Source: an uncultured Brevinematales bacterium (GTDB lineage: Bacteria > Spirochaetota > Brevinematia > Brevinematales > CAZQBT01). From it: a stretch of 64,000 nt of DNA. The stretch lies in NCBI GenBank assembly GCA_964591955.1, contig CAZQBT010000004.1:4988-68987 (forward strand). Direction: 5' to 3'. The notes beneath the pieces are model-generated. The model made no database searches and was not told the origin of the DNA. It saw only the letters and a list, made by a program, of their open reading frames with translations. Shown one piece after another: positions 62,441-64,000 of the stretch. The position numbers were made by a program, and so were the translations under genes. Every line of letters begins with the position of its first letter. Position 1 is the first letter of the stretch.

Positions 62441-63391
62441 ATGAAAGTCCCTGTTTATACGGAATTGTCTAATTTCGCTATACGGAAAAACGGAAAAAAA
62501 CTTCATACCGAAATATCTATTGTGATGCTGCTTAACCGTCTGTCAAAACCCATTGAGGTTATAAACTCAATATATAATTTCGCAGTTGAATCGGAACACA
62601 AAATTGAAGTGATAATAATTAACATAGATAAAGAAGGGTATAACTACGAAAAGCTGTTGAAAAACTTCCCCGTATTAAGAGTCCTTCTCCCGAAAGAAAG
62701 TATAAGTATCAAAGATGCAATAGCCCTTGCTTTAGGCGAAACCCTTTCGGATAACGTGATGTTTATAAACGAACATTTCAAGCTCAAGTCTTTAGATATG
62801 GATTTAATCAAGAGATATTTCCAGGACCCCCATTTCGGGGCGGTTATTCCGGTTATTACCGATGAGAACAAAGAAAATGTGCCTAATATAGTGAAGGCAA
62901 GTATAGATTCGGGATTTATCAGTTCTATAACGGTAGATATAAAAGGCACGTCCATAGCCTCGCTATACCCGAAATATTTTTGCTTTATAGTAAACCGCTC
63001 GCTATTTATTTCAAGAGACATTGAGCTATCCGATTACGGCAATGAGGATTACTGCCTTCTTGAAATCGGTTACCGTATCTGGAAAGAGGGATATTTCATT
63101 ATACAGGCTCCAAGCTTCAAGGCGCAATATATGTCTATTCCAAAAGGGGATATCCGATATTCTCCATTGGATAATGATTATATGCGATTCAATTACGAAA
63201 ATATTACCGATGAAAATATAGTAAGGGGAAGAAAACGCAAAATTATGAAGCTCGCGATGAAGTTTATAATCACTTTCAGGTTTAAAAAAGCCGCAAAGCT
63301 TATAGGGTTTATTAAGCCCGTCAAATCCAAAAGCGAACTTCCCGTTGACGATGCTACGGTTATCACGACAATTAACAAGGATTACGAATAA
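62441..63391 (+). CDS. putative glycosyltransferase (GT2-like fold)
   Basis: ISIVMLLNR...VIIINID pattern. Context with mtgA and a cytidylyltransferase. Weak motif support. Confidence 0.45.
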   Translation: MKVPVYTELSNFAIRKNGKKLHTEISIVMLLNRLSKPIEVINSIYNFAVESEHKIEVIIINIDKEGYNYEKLLKNFPVLRVLLPKESISIKDAIALALGETLSDNVMFINEHFKLKSLDMDLIKRYFQDPHFGAVIPVITDENKENVPNIVKASIDSGFISSITVDIKGTSIASLYPKYFCFIVNRSLFISRDIELSDYGNEDYCLLEIGYRIWKEGYFIIQAPSFKAQYMSIPKGDIRYSPLDNDYMRFNYENITDENIVRGRKRKIMKLAMKFIITFRFKKAAKLIGFIKPVKSKSELPVDDATVITTINKDYE

Positions 63392-63406
63392 TAAAGGAGG
63401 AACACT

Positions 63407-64000
63407 ATGAGAGAAGCTGTTGACGTTATAATTCAGGCAAGGATAGACTCATCACGATTACCGAGGAAGGTAACACTTCCGATAGAAGGCAAACCGTTAC
63501 TTGCGCATATAGTAGAAAGACTAATGCTTTCCGAATATACGCGAAAAATAATAGTTGCGACAACACAGGACTCGTTTGCGCCGTTACGTCATATCCTTTC
63601 GGACTACGGGTTTGTAAAATTCTATGTAGGAAGCAAAGACAACGTGCTTGAAAGATACTATCTTGCGGCAAAATCACAGGATACAAGGGTGGTGGTTCGT
63701 GTAACCGCAGACAATCCCCTGACCTGCCCCGAATTTCTCGACAGCGCCGTGGAATACCATCTTGAAGCAGAGGCGGATTTGACCCATTTTCTGGGAATAC
63801 CTCTCGGCACGGGCGTTGAGGTAATATCGACACAGGCATTGGCGCTTGCCTACAAATGTGCAAACCTCACCTACGATACGGAACACGTTACCCCGTTTAT
63901 CTACAAGAACCGTCAGTTTTTCAAAGTGCTTGAGCCGACCACGCATGGGTTATACTACGCGCCGGATATCAGAGTTACGGTGGACACATCGGAAGACCTG
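63407..64000 (+). CDS. cytidylyltransferase family protein (SpsF/acylneuraminate cytidylyltransferase-like), 3' end beyond window
   Basis: AGGAGG-N6-ATG at 63407. VIIQARIDSSRLPRKV...VRVTADNPL. Open to the window end; not in the ORF track. Confidence 0.75.
   Translation, partial: MREAVDVIIQARIDSSRLPRKVTLPIEGKPLLAHIVERLMLSEYTRKIIVATTQDSFAPLRHILSDYGFVKFYVGSKDNVLERYYLAAKSQDTRVVVRVTADNPLTCPEFLDSAVEYHLEAEADLTHFLGIPLGTGVEVISTQALALAYKCANLTYDTEHVTPFIYKNRQFFKVLEPTTHGLYYAPDIRVTVDTSEDL

Noticed and set aside
63426-63946. 145-aa and 90-aa minus-strand ORFs
   Set aside because: They lie opposite a plus-strand ORF that has a perfect RBS and clear cytidylyltransferase motifs and runs to the window end.

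Overview
Bacterial chromosomal window, roughly 40-48% GC in housekeeping parts (hand counts of a few lines). No rRNA, CRISPR array, transposase or integrase was seen.

(1) 1-6.6 kb, minus strand: a glycerol/glycerolipid catabolic operon. Order is alpha/beta-hydrolase, glpK, FAD glycerol-3-phosphate oxidase/dehydrogenase, a second flavoprotein, a DUF1667 protein, and a GH36-like alpha-galactosidase that runs off the window start and is missing from the ORF track.

(2) 7.2-36.8 kb, all minus strand: the conserved transcription/translation supercluster. Order is tRNA-Thr, rpmG, tRNA-Trp, secE, nusG, rplKAJL, rpoBC, rpsLG, fusA, tuf, the S10-spc-alpha ribosomal operons with secY, adk, infA, rpmJ, then rpoA and rplQ. 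rpmJ and rpmG are too short for the ORF track and were found by hand. No rpmD (L30) or map gene is present.

(3) 36.8-43.9 kb: an accessory segment between tRNA-Thr and cysS.
- A small-ORF locus that includes a stand-alone MshEN/T2SSE_N-like 63-aa protein.
- An NHL-repeat lipoprotein bracketed by two identical 29-nt terminator hairpins.
- A CI/LexA-type (HTH + S24) repressor-dinB operon. It faces six tightly coupled phage-like genes that end in a terminase small subunit.
- The two arms are driven from a symmetric bidirectional promoter, TTGACT-N17-TATAATTATA-N17-TGTCAA.
- This integrase-less, structural-gene-less element is the best candidate for something new.

(4) 44-64 kb: housekeeping genes (cysS, carA, hisBHA, mtgA, an acyl-CoA synthetase, cell-envelope genes) mixed with accessory genes.
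- A very AT-rich DUF3800 gene.
- Ankyrin, vWA, Kelch and DUF4384 lipoproteins.
- A hicB-hicA pair in which both genes are frameshifted at simple repeats.
- An SRAP/YedK gene.
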